Virus record (IMG/VR): IMGVR_UViG_3300002143_000235
Coordinates: 248,001-312,000 of that record
Direction: 5' to 3' (one strand)
DNA: 64,000 bases
Positions within the stretch are counted from its first letter, which is position 1, and each line of letters begins with the position of its first letter. The notes below the pieces were generated by a model. The model was given only the letters and a program-made list of their open reading frames with translations, did not search any database and was not told the origin of the DNA. Of this stretch, positions 20,503 to 30,346 are shown in pieces. Both the position numbers and the translations under genes were made by a program.

Positions 20503-22146
20503 TTGAAATTAGAATACCTTCCAGAATACGAACGCATAAAGATACACACAGCTGATAATACTGAGCTTAGAGGTATAAAATCATACCTTAACAGATATGT
20601 TGATGGTTACATGTTTGATCCAATGTTTAAGAATAAACTATGGAACGGAAAACGAACACAGTACCATGAGGAAACTAACACCATCCCACTTGGACTTTGG
20701 AAAGAGATATTTAAGTGTTGTGAAGAATTCGGTTATCCATTTCAATTTACAAATAAAGAAGAATTTCCTATCAATCGTGAAATCAAGAAAGCTGACTTTA
20801 TCAAGTTTATCGATGAGTTCTTTGATGGATATATGATTGATGGTATTCCATTTAAACCTCGTGATTATCAAATCCGTGTTGCATTAAATATTCTTAAGAA
20901 TCGTTACTGTAATATTGCTGTTGCTACATCTGGTGGAAAGACACTCATTTACTCGCTTGTGATGTTCTATTTAATGTCAAGGTATCCAAACCGTAAGTTT
21001 CTTCTTGTTGTGCCTTCTAAGACGCTCGTAACACAGTTTTACGATGATGTGAGCGCATTTAACTGGAGAAATCAACTTGATATCAATGCACTGGAAATAT
21101 TTGCTGAAAATGAAAAACCAAGACAAACTGATCTTGAAAGAGAACCAAACTTTGTCATTGCTACATTCCAGTCATTGACTTATGAAGAGAAAGTACCAGA
21201 TCCAAAAGCACGTAACAAAACAAAGACCCGAACAATTTTGAAATATGAAAAAAATTGGTTTAAACAGTTTTGGTCTGTTGTTGTTGATGAAGCGCACCGT
21301 GGTAAATCGGAATCATATTCTAAGAAAATTCTTAAATATACACTTAATAATGCTTATTACCGTTGGGGAATGTCTGGTTCATATCCTGATGAATCCACCT
21401 ACGAGATGATGGAAATCATGGCAAAAACTGGTCCAATTGTAGATACTGTAAAAGCACGTGTTCTTATGGATGAGGGATTCATTACACCTGTTAAAATTCG
21501 TGGTGTATTGATGAAGCATAACGATTTTGAATTTACTGAACAACTAAAACTTGTTGCGAGTCGTGATAAGAAATCTGCATATGATCTTGAATGTACTAAA
21601 ATACAAGAGTCTGAACAACGGTTATTGGTTATAAATAAAATTGTATCACAATGTAAATCAAACACACTTGTTCTTTTTCATAACACAGAATATGGACAGA
21701 AATTGCTTGCATACTTATCTGAACGGAATCCGGATATGGAATTTCATTATATTGATGGAAGTGTCAATAATAAAAAACGTAGTGTAATTAAACTTGCAAT
21801 GGAAGATACAAGCAAGGTAAAAATTCTTGTTGCGTCATTTGGGTGTTTATCAACAGGTGTGTCAATCAAGGCAATAACAAATATTATCTTTACACAATCA
21901 TTTAAGAAAGAACAAGTAATCATTCAATCAATTGGTCGTGCACTTCGTCTTCATGCTGAAAAATCAATGGCATATATTTTTGATCTTGTTGATATTTTTA
22001 ATGAAGATGATTTTGCATCCAGGTATAAATTGACATTTAAAAATATACTTGCTACACACTTTGACAAACGATGCAAGATATATCAATCTGAACAATACCC
22101 GTACTCATTTATTGAAATGAATTTAAAATCACCATACGACGATTAA
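20503..22146 (+). CDS. uvsW: UvsW-like SF2 DNA helicase
   Basis: PRDYQ, ATSGGKT, DEAH, GMSGS, QSIGRALR; N-terminal Y.FDP.FK..LWNG as in T4-like UvsW; TTG start. Confidence 0.85.
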   Translation: MKLEYLPEYERIKIHTADNTELRGIKSYLNRYVDGYMFDPMFKNKLWNGKRTQYHEETNTIPLGLWKEIFKCCEEFGYPFQFTNKEEFPINREIKKADFIKFIDEFFDGYMIDGIPFKPRDYQIRVALNILKNRYCNIAVATSGGKTLIYSLVMFYLMSRYPNRKFLLVVPSKTLVTQFYDDVSAFNWRNQLDINALEIFAENEKPRQTDLEREPNFVIATFQSLTYEEKVPDPKARNKTKTRTILKYEKNWFKQFWSVVVDEAHRGKSESYSKKILKYTLNNAYYRWGMSGSYPDESTYEMMEIMAKTGPIVDTVKARVLMDEGFITPVKIRGVLMKHNDFEFTEQLKLVASRDKKSAYDLECTKIQESEQRLLVINKIVSQCKSNTLVLFHNTEYGQKLLAYLSERNPDMEFHYIDGSVNNKKRSVIKLAMEDTSKVKILVASFGCLSTGVSIKAITNIIFTQSFKKEQVIIQSIGRALRLHAEKSMAYIFDLVDIFNEDDFASRYKLTFKNILATHFDKRCKIYQSEQYPYSFIEMNLKSPYDD

Positions 22147-22814
22147 TATGTATTTACCAAAGATGAAAAATGGATGGCCTAACATAATGAATTTACCAAG
22201 TGTTAAGCCAATTTTAGCGATACAATCATATACACATGTAATTGACGGTATCGAGTATGAATTCATTCACTTAAATGATGGGCGATTTGTAAAATCATAT
22301 GTGGAAGAATTAGTAGGAAGTACAAGTAAAATGTATAATACTGTACCCTCAACAAAAGAAGAATTTAAACGATATAAGCCATGAGCATGACATTTACACC
22401 AAGAACAGGACCATCAATGGTTACAAAGATACATTATAAAAAATTTCGTATTCCACGAAAAAAGAAGAAAGCACTCAAGAAGAGAATGCAATACGAGAAG
22501 GAACCATTGCTCAGACAGGAACTACTTAAACGAATAACTGAAGCAGCTCACGCTATCACTAAATACGGCCGAATAAGCAAAGCTGATTATGTATTCCCTA
22601 ACCCTGTGTATGCGCCATATCTTCCAATGGTTGAAACAATTCAAATAGACCCAAAAAATTTAGATATATCTAAATACAGTCGATATGTATCCGGAACATT
22701 TTACATACCACCATCTCAAGAGATTATAATTGATATAAAAAATAATATGTATTGAATTAGTGATAAAATACGTCACTTGTTTTGTATATCATTTATTTTT
22801 TATATATTCGTGTT

Positions 22815-23435
22815 ATGAAAACAGGTAATGATTATTCAATAAATGAAATAGCAGAACAATTCAAAGACATTATTAGTCGTGATGAATTGTTTGCACTCAT
22901 GCTTAAACTTAAACAAAGTTCTGAATTTGGAATGCTTACAAATTGGCCATTATTATTGTCAACATTAGGTACTGTTTATAATATTGATCGGCCATTTTAT
23001 GTTGCTAAAGAATACACGCTTGAGAACATGGGTCCGCATTATTTTATTGATAGTAATAATATTTTCTGTTTTGGTTCAAATACAGAAGGTAGACATGATG
23101 GTGGTGCAGCACTGTTTGCTGAAGACAACCTTGGTGCAATTTATGGACAAGCTCGTGGATTGCAAGGAAATTCATATGCAATTGTAACTATTGATTATAC
23201 CGGAAACAATAGTGTAACACTTGATACAATTGCTGAAGAAATAAATGAATTGTTTAAATTTGCACTTGAGAATCCTCAATTGAAATTTTATGTAACAAAA
23301 ATTGGAACAGGTATTTCTAAGTATAATATTCTTGATATTGCTAATTTATTTAAAAACAAAATTATTCCAACTAATATTATTTTACCTATAGAATTTGTAA
23401 ATAGTGATAACATAACACGTTTCAGATTCTTATAA
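22815..23435 (+). CDS. Macro-domain-like phage protein (A1S_2505-like family)
   Basis: IFCFGSNTEGRHDGGAALFA...GAIYGQARGLQGNSYAI...FYVTKIGTGI. Confidence 0.75.
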   Translation: MKTGNDYSINEIAEQFKDIISRDELFALMLKLKQSSEFGMLTNWPLLLSTLGTVYNIDRPFYVAKEYTLENMGPHYFIDSNNIFCFGSNTEGRHDGGAALFAEDNLGAIYGQARGLQGNSYAIVTIDYTGNNSVTLDTIAEEINELFKFALENPQLKFYVTKIGTGISKYNILDIANLFKNKIIPTNIILPIEFVNSDNITRFRFL

Positions 23436-23445
23436 AACATTTACT

Positions 23446-24201
23446 ATGAAAAACATACACATAATTCCTACAGATAAACCAAGTAAAATATATTCTAAAG
23501 ACCATAATTATAAGTTAGCTAATAGTACTATAGCTATGGATTGGTATATATCATCAGTTGGTTATAAACCTCAAAACATCTACATCACTTCTGATGAAGA
23601 AATTAAAAATGGAGATAGTGTTATTTTAAAAAATGGTAGATTAACTAAAGCAGAAACACGACATGGAACATTAGGGTTTCAAACTATTGATGGTATTGCA
23701 TTTTTATACTTTCAAGATGGTGATAAAAAAATTATCATAACAACAGACAAATATTTGATTGCTGTTGGTGTACAAGCTATTCCTGATGAGTTTTTAGAAT
23801 GGTTTGTTAAAAATACACGTTGTGAGAGTGTTAAAGTTGAAAGTGTTTGTTTAGATGAAACATCTTTTATGTATAATATTATTACTTATGAAATAATCAT
23901 TACAGAAGAAGAAATTAACCCATTTGAATTACCAAAAGCATTACCTGATGATGTTTTTAATGAATTTTTAGAACATAAACAGGAAACTCTTGCACAAGCT
24001 GCTCAAAATTATTTACATAAAGTAGCCGATGGTTTAAGGACTACAGGTTATGCGGACGAAGATTTTGTAGAAGATGCTAAATGGCAAGCAAAAAACATGT
24101 ATAGTGAAGAAGAAGTTTTAGAATTTCTTAACTTTTGGACAGACGCAAGTAAAGAGTGGGGGTTAGCTTCTGCATGGTTTGAACAATTTAAAAAGAAGTA
24201 G
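23446..24201 (+). CDS. Conserved hypothetical protein of flavobacterial phages
   Basis: MKNIHIIPTDKPS...QNIYITSDEEIK...KKIIITTD...GVQAIPDEFLEWFVKN pattern. Confidence 0.65.
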   Translation: MKNIHIIPTDKPSKIYSKDHNYKLANSTIAMDWYISSVGYKPQNIYITSDEEIKNGDSVILKNGRLTKAETRHGTLGFQTIDGIAFLYFQDGDKKIIITTDKYLIAVGVQAIPDEFLEWFVKNTRCESVKVESVCLDETSFMYNIITYEIIITEEEINPFELPKALPDDVFNEFLEHKQETLAQAAQNYLHKVADGLRTTGYADEDFVEDAKWQAKNMYSEEEVLEFLNFWTDASKEWGLASAWFEQFKKK

Positions 24202-24204
24202 TAA

Positions 24205-24693
24205 TTGAAAAATATTCATGCAATGATAGAATTACCAACACGTATACATTTTGATCCAAAAGACTTGACTCGCAAACACCAAGAGCAGCGTTCATGGAAA
24301 CGTGTTGTCCTTTGTGAAACAGATTGTGACATAGAGTCTTATTATGCATGGTTTCTTAAAAAACGTTTCAATTTAAAATTGAATGCACCAATGCGTGGTG
24401 CTCATATTACAATTGTAAATGATAAAGTGCCTGATATTGAATTATTTAATCAAATGCGAGAATTATTTCACAACAAGGAATTGATTTTTAAATTTGATCC
24501 ATCAGAGATTCGATCAAATGCACGACACTGGTGGATGCGTGTTCATTGTGAGGATGTTGCAAATATTAGAACAGTGCTTGGACTTGATCCAAAACCACAT
24601 TTTGGATTACATATGACTATTGGAATGGTAAATGATAAGAACTTATTTCATTCTCAATATATTCACGATACTATAATGCGTTACAGTTTATAA
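24205..24693 (+). CDS. 2H phosphoesterase-family protein
   Basis: Two HxT motifs: AHITIV and LHMTIG. Confidence 0.7.
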   Translation: MKNIHAMIELPTRIHFDPKDLTRKHQEQRSWKRVVLCETDCDIESYYAWFLKKRFNLKLNAPMRGAHITIVNDKVPDIELFNQMRELFHNKELIFKFDPSEIRSNARHWWMRVHCEDVANIRTVLGLDPKPHFGLHMTIGMVNDKNLFHSQYIHDTIMRYSL

Positions 24694-24702
24694 TTATTTA
24701 TT

Positions 24703-25041
24703 ATGATAAAATTTAATAACATACAAGTAGAAGTCTCAACACATTTTGTTGAGCGGTACCGAGAACGTATGCTTGACATGGCTCCAGCTATGTGGAAGAA
24801 TTATAGTACCGATTATAAATACAAACTACGTACTGATATGCGTAATGTTATTCAAAAATGTGAGAAAATTTTGTTTCGTGACTTAGACAAGCCGATTCAA
24901 GATCGTATTCATCAACGGTATAGAACAAACAATATGGTGTTTTTTAAACGTAATAATGTTTATTACGTTGGTGCTTATATTAAACATAGATTTACAAATC
25001 AAGAAACCGTACTTTTGGTTACGGTATTTCGTAACAAATAA
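24703..25041 (+). CDS. Hypothetical protein (possible RelE-like fold)
   Basis: STHFVERYRER...LVTV termini; weak. Confidence 0.5.
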   Translation: MIKFNNIQVEVSTHFVERYRERMLDMAPAMWKNYSTDYKYKLRTDMRNVIQKCEKILFRDLDKPIQDRIHQRYRTNNMVFFKRNNVYYVGAYIKHRFTNQETVLLVTVFRNK

Positions 25042-25043
25042 TT

Positions 25044-25457
25044 ATGACAGAAGAAAATAAACTTCGATTGAAAATTTCGAATATCAATATCAAAATGGTA
25101 CAATTAAGTATTGAAAAACGAGAACTTGAAAAACAACTTCTTAATTCTTATACAACAGATATAGAAAAATTCATATATTGGTTGCATTCAGATCAACAAT
25201 CTAATCACTTAGATCTAATTACATTCAGAACACTATGTCCTTTAACAAGCACAAATATAGAAAATAGATGGGATTTAGACAGATGTAAAACCTATGATTT
25301 AACTGAATGGTTTGGTGATGATTTTTATTGGGCATTTGAAGCATCCGATGAAGAATTAGTTAAAGCTAATATTAAACGTGAAGAATATGTTGACATTATT
25401 CCCGTTGGTATAGAATTAATGAATGCTAATGTTAAATCTTTTACATATGATTGGTAA
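25044..25457 (+). CDS. Hypothetical protein
   Basis: ORF whose 3' end is duplicated at 26384-26436. Confidence 0.65.
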   Translation: MTEENKLRLKISNINIKMVQLSIEKRELEKQLLNSYTTDIEKFIYWLHSDQQSNHLDLITFRTLCPLTSTNIENRWDLDRCKTYDLTEWFGDDFYWAFEASDEELVKANIKREEYVDIIPVGIELMNANVKSFTYDW

Positions 25458-25503
25458 AATGGATAAGATAATTAAAGCCGCAAAAAATGAATCAGAATGG
25501 TTA
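25405..25503 (+). repeat. Diverged ~99-bp direct repeat, copy 1
   Basis: Shares TGATTGGTAAAATGGATAAGATAATTAAAGC exactly with 26384-26482. Confidence 0.85.
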
Positions 25504-25583
25504 CAGCTATACGTCAGGTTTTTCAGATGTAATTTTATCCTTTTTTGAGCGTGGGATGCTCGTAAATATAAATAATAAATAAA

Positions 25584-25889
25584 ATGAAACCAAAAGTAAA
25601 AAAAGAAAAAACGTTGTTTGATGTTTACAGGAATCAAGCAAGTAAAGGATTTAATTATCCTACAATTGAAATGTGTAGTGATGGAGATGTGATTACCTAT
25701 TTAAATTCAATTACATCTAAAAAAGTAAGTGAACTGATTAAATCTAAAGATTGTCCATTACCATTGGAAGTACTTCCAAACCAAATGGGAATAAATCTTT
25801 GTTCAGTTGAATCAGTTTCGTGGAACAAACAAAATGATGGACAATTGACAACATTAACAATAGAGTTTATTCCATCTGAAAAAAAATGA
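25584..25889 (+). CDS. Hypothetical protein in cassette-like unit 1
   Basis: Followed by attC-like hairpin at 25925. Confidence 0.65.
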   Translation: MKPKVKKEKTLFDVYRNQASKGFNYPTIEMCSDGDVITYLNSITSKKVSELIKSKDCPLPLEVLPNQMGINLCSVESVSWNKQNDGQLTTLTIEFIPSEKK

Positions 25890-25924
25890 TTAGAACAATG
25901 CGGTGGCAGGGATAAAATTATTTC

Positions 25925-26054
25925 TGCTAACGTATGGTGCTATACGAAGGAGGTGATTATTAGCACTAAAGTTGATGCGGAGTACAAATGTTGAATATAG
26001 CATAATGTTTCTGCGGAGTACCGAACCGCCTCTTTTGTATAGCATTTGTTATAA
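25925..26054 (+). mobile_element. attC-like recombination site
   Basis: TGCTAAC...GTTATAA ends; inner arms TGCTATACGAAGGAGGTG / CGCCTCTTTTGTATAGCA. Confidence 0.65.
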
Positions 26055-26066
26055 ACAGTTATTATT

Positions 26067-26258
26067 ATGAAAATTTTAGCAATTAACACAAAGAAAAAAT
26101 TTATTGGAAATGCACCAAATGAAATGCACGACCATATACCAAACAAAGGTGATTCAATTTTGTTTGAAGAAAAAAAATATAAAGTTATTTCAAGACATTT
26201 CCAATACAGAAATGAAGAACTTGAAATAGTTAATGTATATGTAAGAAAATTGAAATGA
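26067..26258 (+). CDS. Small hypothetical protein in cassette-like unit 2
   Basis: Single promoterless ORF between two attC-like sites. Confidence 0.65.
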   Translation: MKILAINTKKKFIGNAPNEMHDHIPNKGDSILFEEKKYKVISRHFQYRNEELEIVNVYVRKLK

Positions 26259-26276
26259 TGGGATTTTTATAATTGT

Positions 26277-26349
26277 TTATAACGGTTACACCTATACGTC
26301 AAGTTTTTCACAAAACAAAACAAAACCTGACGTATACGTGGTGTTAGCA
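26277..26349 (+). mobile_element. attC-like recombination site
   Basis: TTATAAC...GTTAGCA ends; inner arms CACCTATACGTCAAGTTTT / AAAACCTGACGTATACGTG. Confidence 0.65.
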
Positions 26350-26383
26350 TCACAACCGGATCATTATGAATTATGGTTTTCTA

Positions 26384-26482
26384 TTGGTCTTGAATTGATG
26401 CGTGAAAATGTTAAATCTTTTGAATTTGATTGGTAAAATGGATAAGATAATTAAAGCAGCAAAAACCGAATCAGAGTGGTTA
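26384..26482 (+). repeat. Diverged ~99-bp direct repeat, copy 2
   Basis: See 25405-25503. Confidence 0.85.
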
Positions 26483-26755
26483 AGACATTACTCACATACT
26501 GATTCCAAAAGAGACGAGCAGTTCGAAGACTTTCTATTCTACGATCGCATGCTTCCAAACGGTTATGCTAAAGTTTACATGCCGTTACATCAAAGATGTC
26601 CAATGGGTTACATACAAGGTTTAGATGTTACAGACAACAAAGATATTATTTATGGTCCTAGAAATCATGATAAAGGTATTTATACTGTATTAGAGTTTGT
26701 AATTTACAACAAGCTTCCTGGATATCAAGAAATGATTGACTATGTGAAATCTTGA
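26438..26755 (+). CDS. Hypothetical protein
   Basis: Likely start MDKIIKAAK at 26438, whose first codons are also present at 25459. Confidence 0.65.
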   Translation: MDKIIKAAKTESEWLRHYSHTDSKRDEQFEDFLFYDRMLPNGYAKVYMPLHQRCPMGYIQGLDVTDNKDIIYGPRNHDKGIYTVLEFVIYNKLPGYQEMIDYVKS

Positions 26756-26790
26756 GATGAATATATATTACAAACAAAAATATTAATACT

Positions 26791-27147
26791 ATGCCAATTC
26801 TATCAGCTACGCACAAACTCGACAAATATATTGATGTTTCTGTTACAGACAGTCGCTATGATGATATTGAAAATTCATCAATTACATTTATTACAAGTTA
26901 TATAGTTGATGTTAATGTAGAAGGATTATCATTTGATATACAAGAAATAACTGATATTAAACTTAATTATACAGGTATTAATTTTACTGATGAAGATGAT
27001 ATAGAACATCCAATATCATTTACAGTTCTTGATTTTAATAAAGAAGTAACTATTGATAATGCTGGGGGTGATCGTCAAATGCTTCAACCTTCTGAAGTTG
27101 AAATAAATATCGATGAAAGTAAAATTCGTTTTTATTTCTTGTATTAA
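26791..27147 (+). CDS. Hypothetical protein (possibly late/structural)
   Basis: TATATA upstream; beta-rich acidic sequence. Confidence 0.55.
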   Translation: MPILSATHKLDKYIDVSVTDSRYDDIENSSITFITSYIVDVNVEGLSFDIQEITDIKLNYTGINFTDEDDIEHPISFTVLDFNKEVTIDNAGGDRQMLQPSEVEINIDESKIRFYFLY

Positions 27148-27164
27148 ATTCGTATGTTTACAGG

Positions 27165-27524
27165 ATGAAAATATCATTTGATTTTGACTCTTGTTTATCT
27201 ACTAAACGTATACAACGTCTTGCAAAGACATATATCGATCAAGGACATGAAGTATGGGTTACAACATCTCGTTTTCCTAGTTCTGATGAAATTGTAAGTA
27301 AATGGCCTTGGATTAAGAATCAAAATCAAATGTTATTTGAGATTTTAACTGAACTTGGAATTCCACACGATCGTGTAAATTTTACAGCAATGGTTGACAA
27401 GTGGACAGTTCTAGATGGATTCGATATACATTTTGATGATGATCAAACTGAAATAGACTTAATTGATGAGAATCTTTCATCATGTATAGGTATTCTTATT
27501 TTAACACCATATATTTACGAATAA
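27165..27524 (+). CDS. HAD-superfamily hydrolase
   Basis: ISFDFDSCL (DxD), VTTSR, K, HFDDD motifs. Confidence 0.8.
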   Translation: MKISFDFDSCLSTKRIQRLAKTYIDQGHEVWVTTSRFPSSDEIVSKWPWIKNQNQMLFEILTELGIPHDRVNFTAMVDKWTVLDGFDIHFDDDQTEIDLIDENLSSCIGILILTPYIYE

Positions 27525-28558
27525 TGAAGAGTAAACTGTTGCAGCAGCTTGAAGAACGCCCAATACTTGCTAAAACATATTGGAAAGATCTTTATAATAT
27601 TGATATTGAGGAACTTAAAAAAATGTATTCACATCCTAGTCGTGGTTATCATAACTGGGAACATGTCGATAATGTACTTTACCATATTGAGCAGAGTATA
27701 GGTTACGATGATAATGGAATGGTCCTCAGAATTGCTGCATTATTTCATGATGCTATTTATGATAGTCGTAGAAATGATAATGAGGTAAAGAGTGCTAAGC
27801 TTGTGCATGATATCAAACTAAGTGATCCACTTAAGAAACGTATCATGGATATTATTCTGTTCACTACTTATACACGTGAGCCAGAAACGGAAGAAGAATC
27901 AATTTTTATGGATGCTGATTTGAGTATCTTTAATGGTACACAAGAAGACATGGTAGCTTTTGAACTTGGTATTTTACATGAATATTCTTGGGTACCACTC
28001 AATGTTTATATCGAAGAACGGTGCAAAGTGCTCGAGAAAATTCGAGACAAATTTCATATTGATACATGGTTTAATATTACATGGTTGAGAACAAAAATTT
28101 GGAATATTGGTGTCTATGCTGGATCTTTCTATCCAATGACTATCGGACACATGGACATCTTGAATCAGGCACGAAAGATTTTTGATCGTGTCATTGTTGT
28201 AAAAAGTTCAGACGATCGTGTACAACGTAAAACAAAATTTGAATGGGATGATTTTACATTTGGTAGATTAAATAAATGTCTTGACAATTTTGAAACGTAT
28301 CAAGTAAAAGATTTGATCACTGACAACTTACGTGATATAAAGGAAATGTACGGTAGTGCAACACTTATTCGCGGGCTCAGAAATGGTTCAGATCTTCAAT
28401 ATGAACAAAATTATTTACAGACACTTCGAGAAATTGATCCATCTGTGCAGTTTGTAACATTTCTTTCCAGACCTGAATTTGCACACGTATCAAGTTCTAT
28501 GGTTCGTGAGTTGTTATCAGTAGATCCTAAACTAGCAAAACGTTATTACGAGTTCTAA
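27524..28558 (+). CDS. coaD: HD-domain / phosphopantetheine adenylyltransferase fusion
   Basis: N-term RGYHNWEH...LFHDAIYD...NE..SA...DADL; C-term GVYAGSFYPMTIGHMDI...IRGLRNGSDLQYE...VSSSMVREL. Confidence 0.8.
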   Translation: MKSKLLQQLEERPILAKTYWKDLYNIDIEELKKMYSHPSRGYHNWEHVDNVLYHIEQSIGYDDNGMVLRIAALFHDAIYDSRRNDNEVKSAKLVHDIKLSDPLKKRIMDIILFTTYTREPETEEESIFMDADLSIFNGTQEDMVAFELGILHEYSWVPLNVYIEERCKVLEKIRDKFHIDTWFNITWLRTKIWNIGVYAGSFYPMTIGHMDILNQARKIFDRVIVVKSSDDRVQRKTKFEWDDFTFGRLNKCLDNFETYQVKDLITDNLRDIKEMYGSATLIRGLRNGSDLQYEQNYLQTLREIDPSVQFVTFLSRPEFAHVSSSMVRELLSVDPKLAKRYYEF

Positions 28559-28587
28559 TTCAAACTTTCTGAAATGTCTGTAGTATA

Positions 28588-29157
28588 ATGTGCATGAATA
28601 ACAGCACAGTGACTACAGATCAAAAAAATCTTCCAAATACACGTATTAAACTCATTATAGCTATTGATAAGAACGGTGTAATGGGAATTGATAATAAACT
28701 TCCTTGGCGTCTTTCAGAAGACCTAAAACAATTCAAGAAAGAAACTGATGGATACCCATTAATTATGGGTTCTGCCACATTCAAATCACTTCCAGGTATT
28801 CTTCCTAACAGAGAACATTTAGTGCTCTCAAAATCACTCTATGGAGACGAGGACAAGTCTGTCTTCACATCTATCAAAGAGTTAATTGATTACCTAAACG
28901 ATTCAGGATACGAAAGTGCTTATGTTATAGGTGGAGCAAATGTTATTTCTCAATTTACTTACATGAATCTTATTGATGAATTGATAATAACACATGTTGA
29001 TTGTGAGGTAGAAGGAGACACTATTCTAAATATTGACACAGATCTTAAAATTCATTCTTGGTCACTTTATCGTAGTGAAAAATACACTAAAAACGAAAAG
29101 AACCAATACGGCTTTACAATCAATCGATACACACGTACAAAAAAAAGATTCTATTAA
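28588..29157 (+). CDS. folA: Dihydrofolate reductase
   Basis: AIDKNGVMGIDNKLPWRLSEDLKQFK..T..MG..TF.SL...LPNR...VIGGA...GDT. Confidence 0.93.
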   Translation: MCMNNSTVTTDQKNLPNTRIKLIIAIDKNGVMGIDNKLPWRLSEDLKQFKKETDGYPLIMGSATFKSLPGILPNREHLVLSKSLYGDEDKSVFTSIKELIDYLNDSGYESAYVIGGANVISQFTYMNLIDELIITHVDCEVEGDTILNIDTDLKIHSWSLYRSEKYTKNEKNQYGFTINRYTRTKKRFY

Positions 29158-29160
29158 CAT

Positions 29161-30009
29161 ATGACTATTAAAAACAAAATAACTGAAATACACAATCATT
29201 TGGTTAAGATATTTACTGAGATAATGTCATATCCACAATTGTCAACTTATGACTACAATACATTCATAATTGCAACTTTAGATAGTGATCAATATTTACA
29301 ACAGTTGGAAAAAGAACATTTTGCACCAGTTACACAATTTATTGATCAGTACATACAGATGGATCTAGATTGGTTAAATAATGTTCGTAATGATATCTGT
29401 TCGATGTCAAAAGCAGCATTTGATAAACGATTAAATTCTATCGATACTGCTCGTGATGTGCTAACTAGTAATGAGATTATTTCCAATTTAAAACAGATGT
29501 TAAAAGAATCGAATAATTTTAAAGAAGCTCATATTGAATTTAAAGTCGAAAAAAATCCGACAAACGAATTCAAAGAACAAGAAATTGACAATGAACTGCT
29601 GGATAATATTGCTGCTCGTGTTGATGATGCTTTTACTGAGAAATGGCCACTTCTAATGAATAAACATATCGTTAATCAAACATTAAAATGTAAAGAATTT
29701 GAAAAAATATTCATAACTGAGGCTGAAACATTAGAAGAACTTTTTGATATTGAAGAAGTAAGTAAACCAAATTACGTGCATGTTGATCTTGAAAATCGAG
29801 CAGAGTTAAAACTATTTGCAAACATGACAAATCTTGACATTAAACAATTAATTATTGATGACGTCAACGGATTGTTTTATGACACTACGAATGATGTAAT
29901 TCTCATTCGTTACATAAACGGTAAATCAGAATTTCCAAGCCTTACAGAATATATGAATTCACAGGAACCATTTAGTGCTTCATTTTACCAAACCGACGGA
30001 CAATTGTGA
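29161..30009 (+). CDS. Hypothetical protein
   Basis: 282-aa ORF. Confidence 0.65.
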   Translation: MTIKNKITEIHNHLVKIFTEIMSYPQLSTYDYNTFIIATLDSDQYLQQLEKEHFAPVTQFIDQYIQMDLDWLNNVRNDICSMSKAAFDKRLNSIDTARDVLTSNEIISNLKQMLKESNNFKEAHIEFKVEKNPTNEFKEQEIDNELLDNIAARVDDAFTEKWPLLMNKHIVNQTLKCKEFEKIFITEAETLEELFDIEEVSKPNYVHVDLENRAELKLFANMTNLDIKQLIIDDVNGLFYDTTNDVILIRYINGKSEFPSLTEYMNSQEPFSASFYQTDGQL

Positions 30010-30313
30010 TGAGTATAAAAGAAAAAAAATCAACATCTTGCTGAGAATATTGATGCATTGATTACCGATTTTATAGAATCGTATCAATCTGGTCCAGCAG
30101 AAACACTATACTATAATACGTATTCTACAACTTGTATAAAATATTTGAGTGAGTGTATTGACCTATTTAATACTTTTTTACCGTTTGACCCAGATAGTGA
30201 ATTGTTAAAAGATTACGTGTACCTTCAATACTTACGCGAGATCATGTGTGATACGATGAAAGAAAGAAAGAAAATACTTAAAATGTTATGTTCCAGGTAA
30301 CGAGCATAAAAAG

Positions 30314-30343
30314 GAAGAGGAGATCAATTGATCTCCTCTTTTT
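30314..30343. terminator. Bidirectional terminator
   Basis: AAGAGGAGATCAA/TTGATCTCCTCTT between convergent genes. Confidence 0.75.
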
Positions 30344-30346
30344 CAT

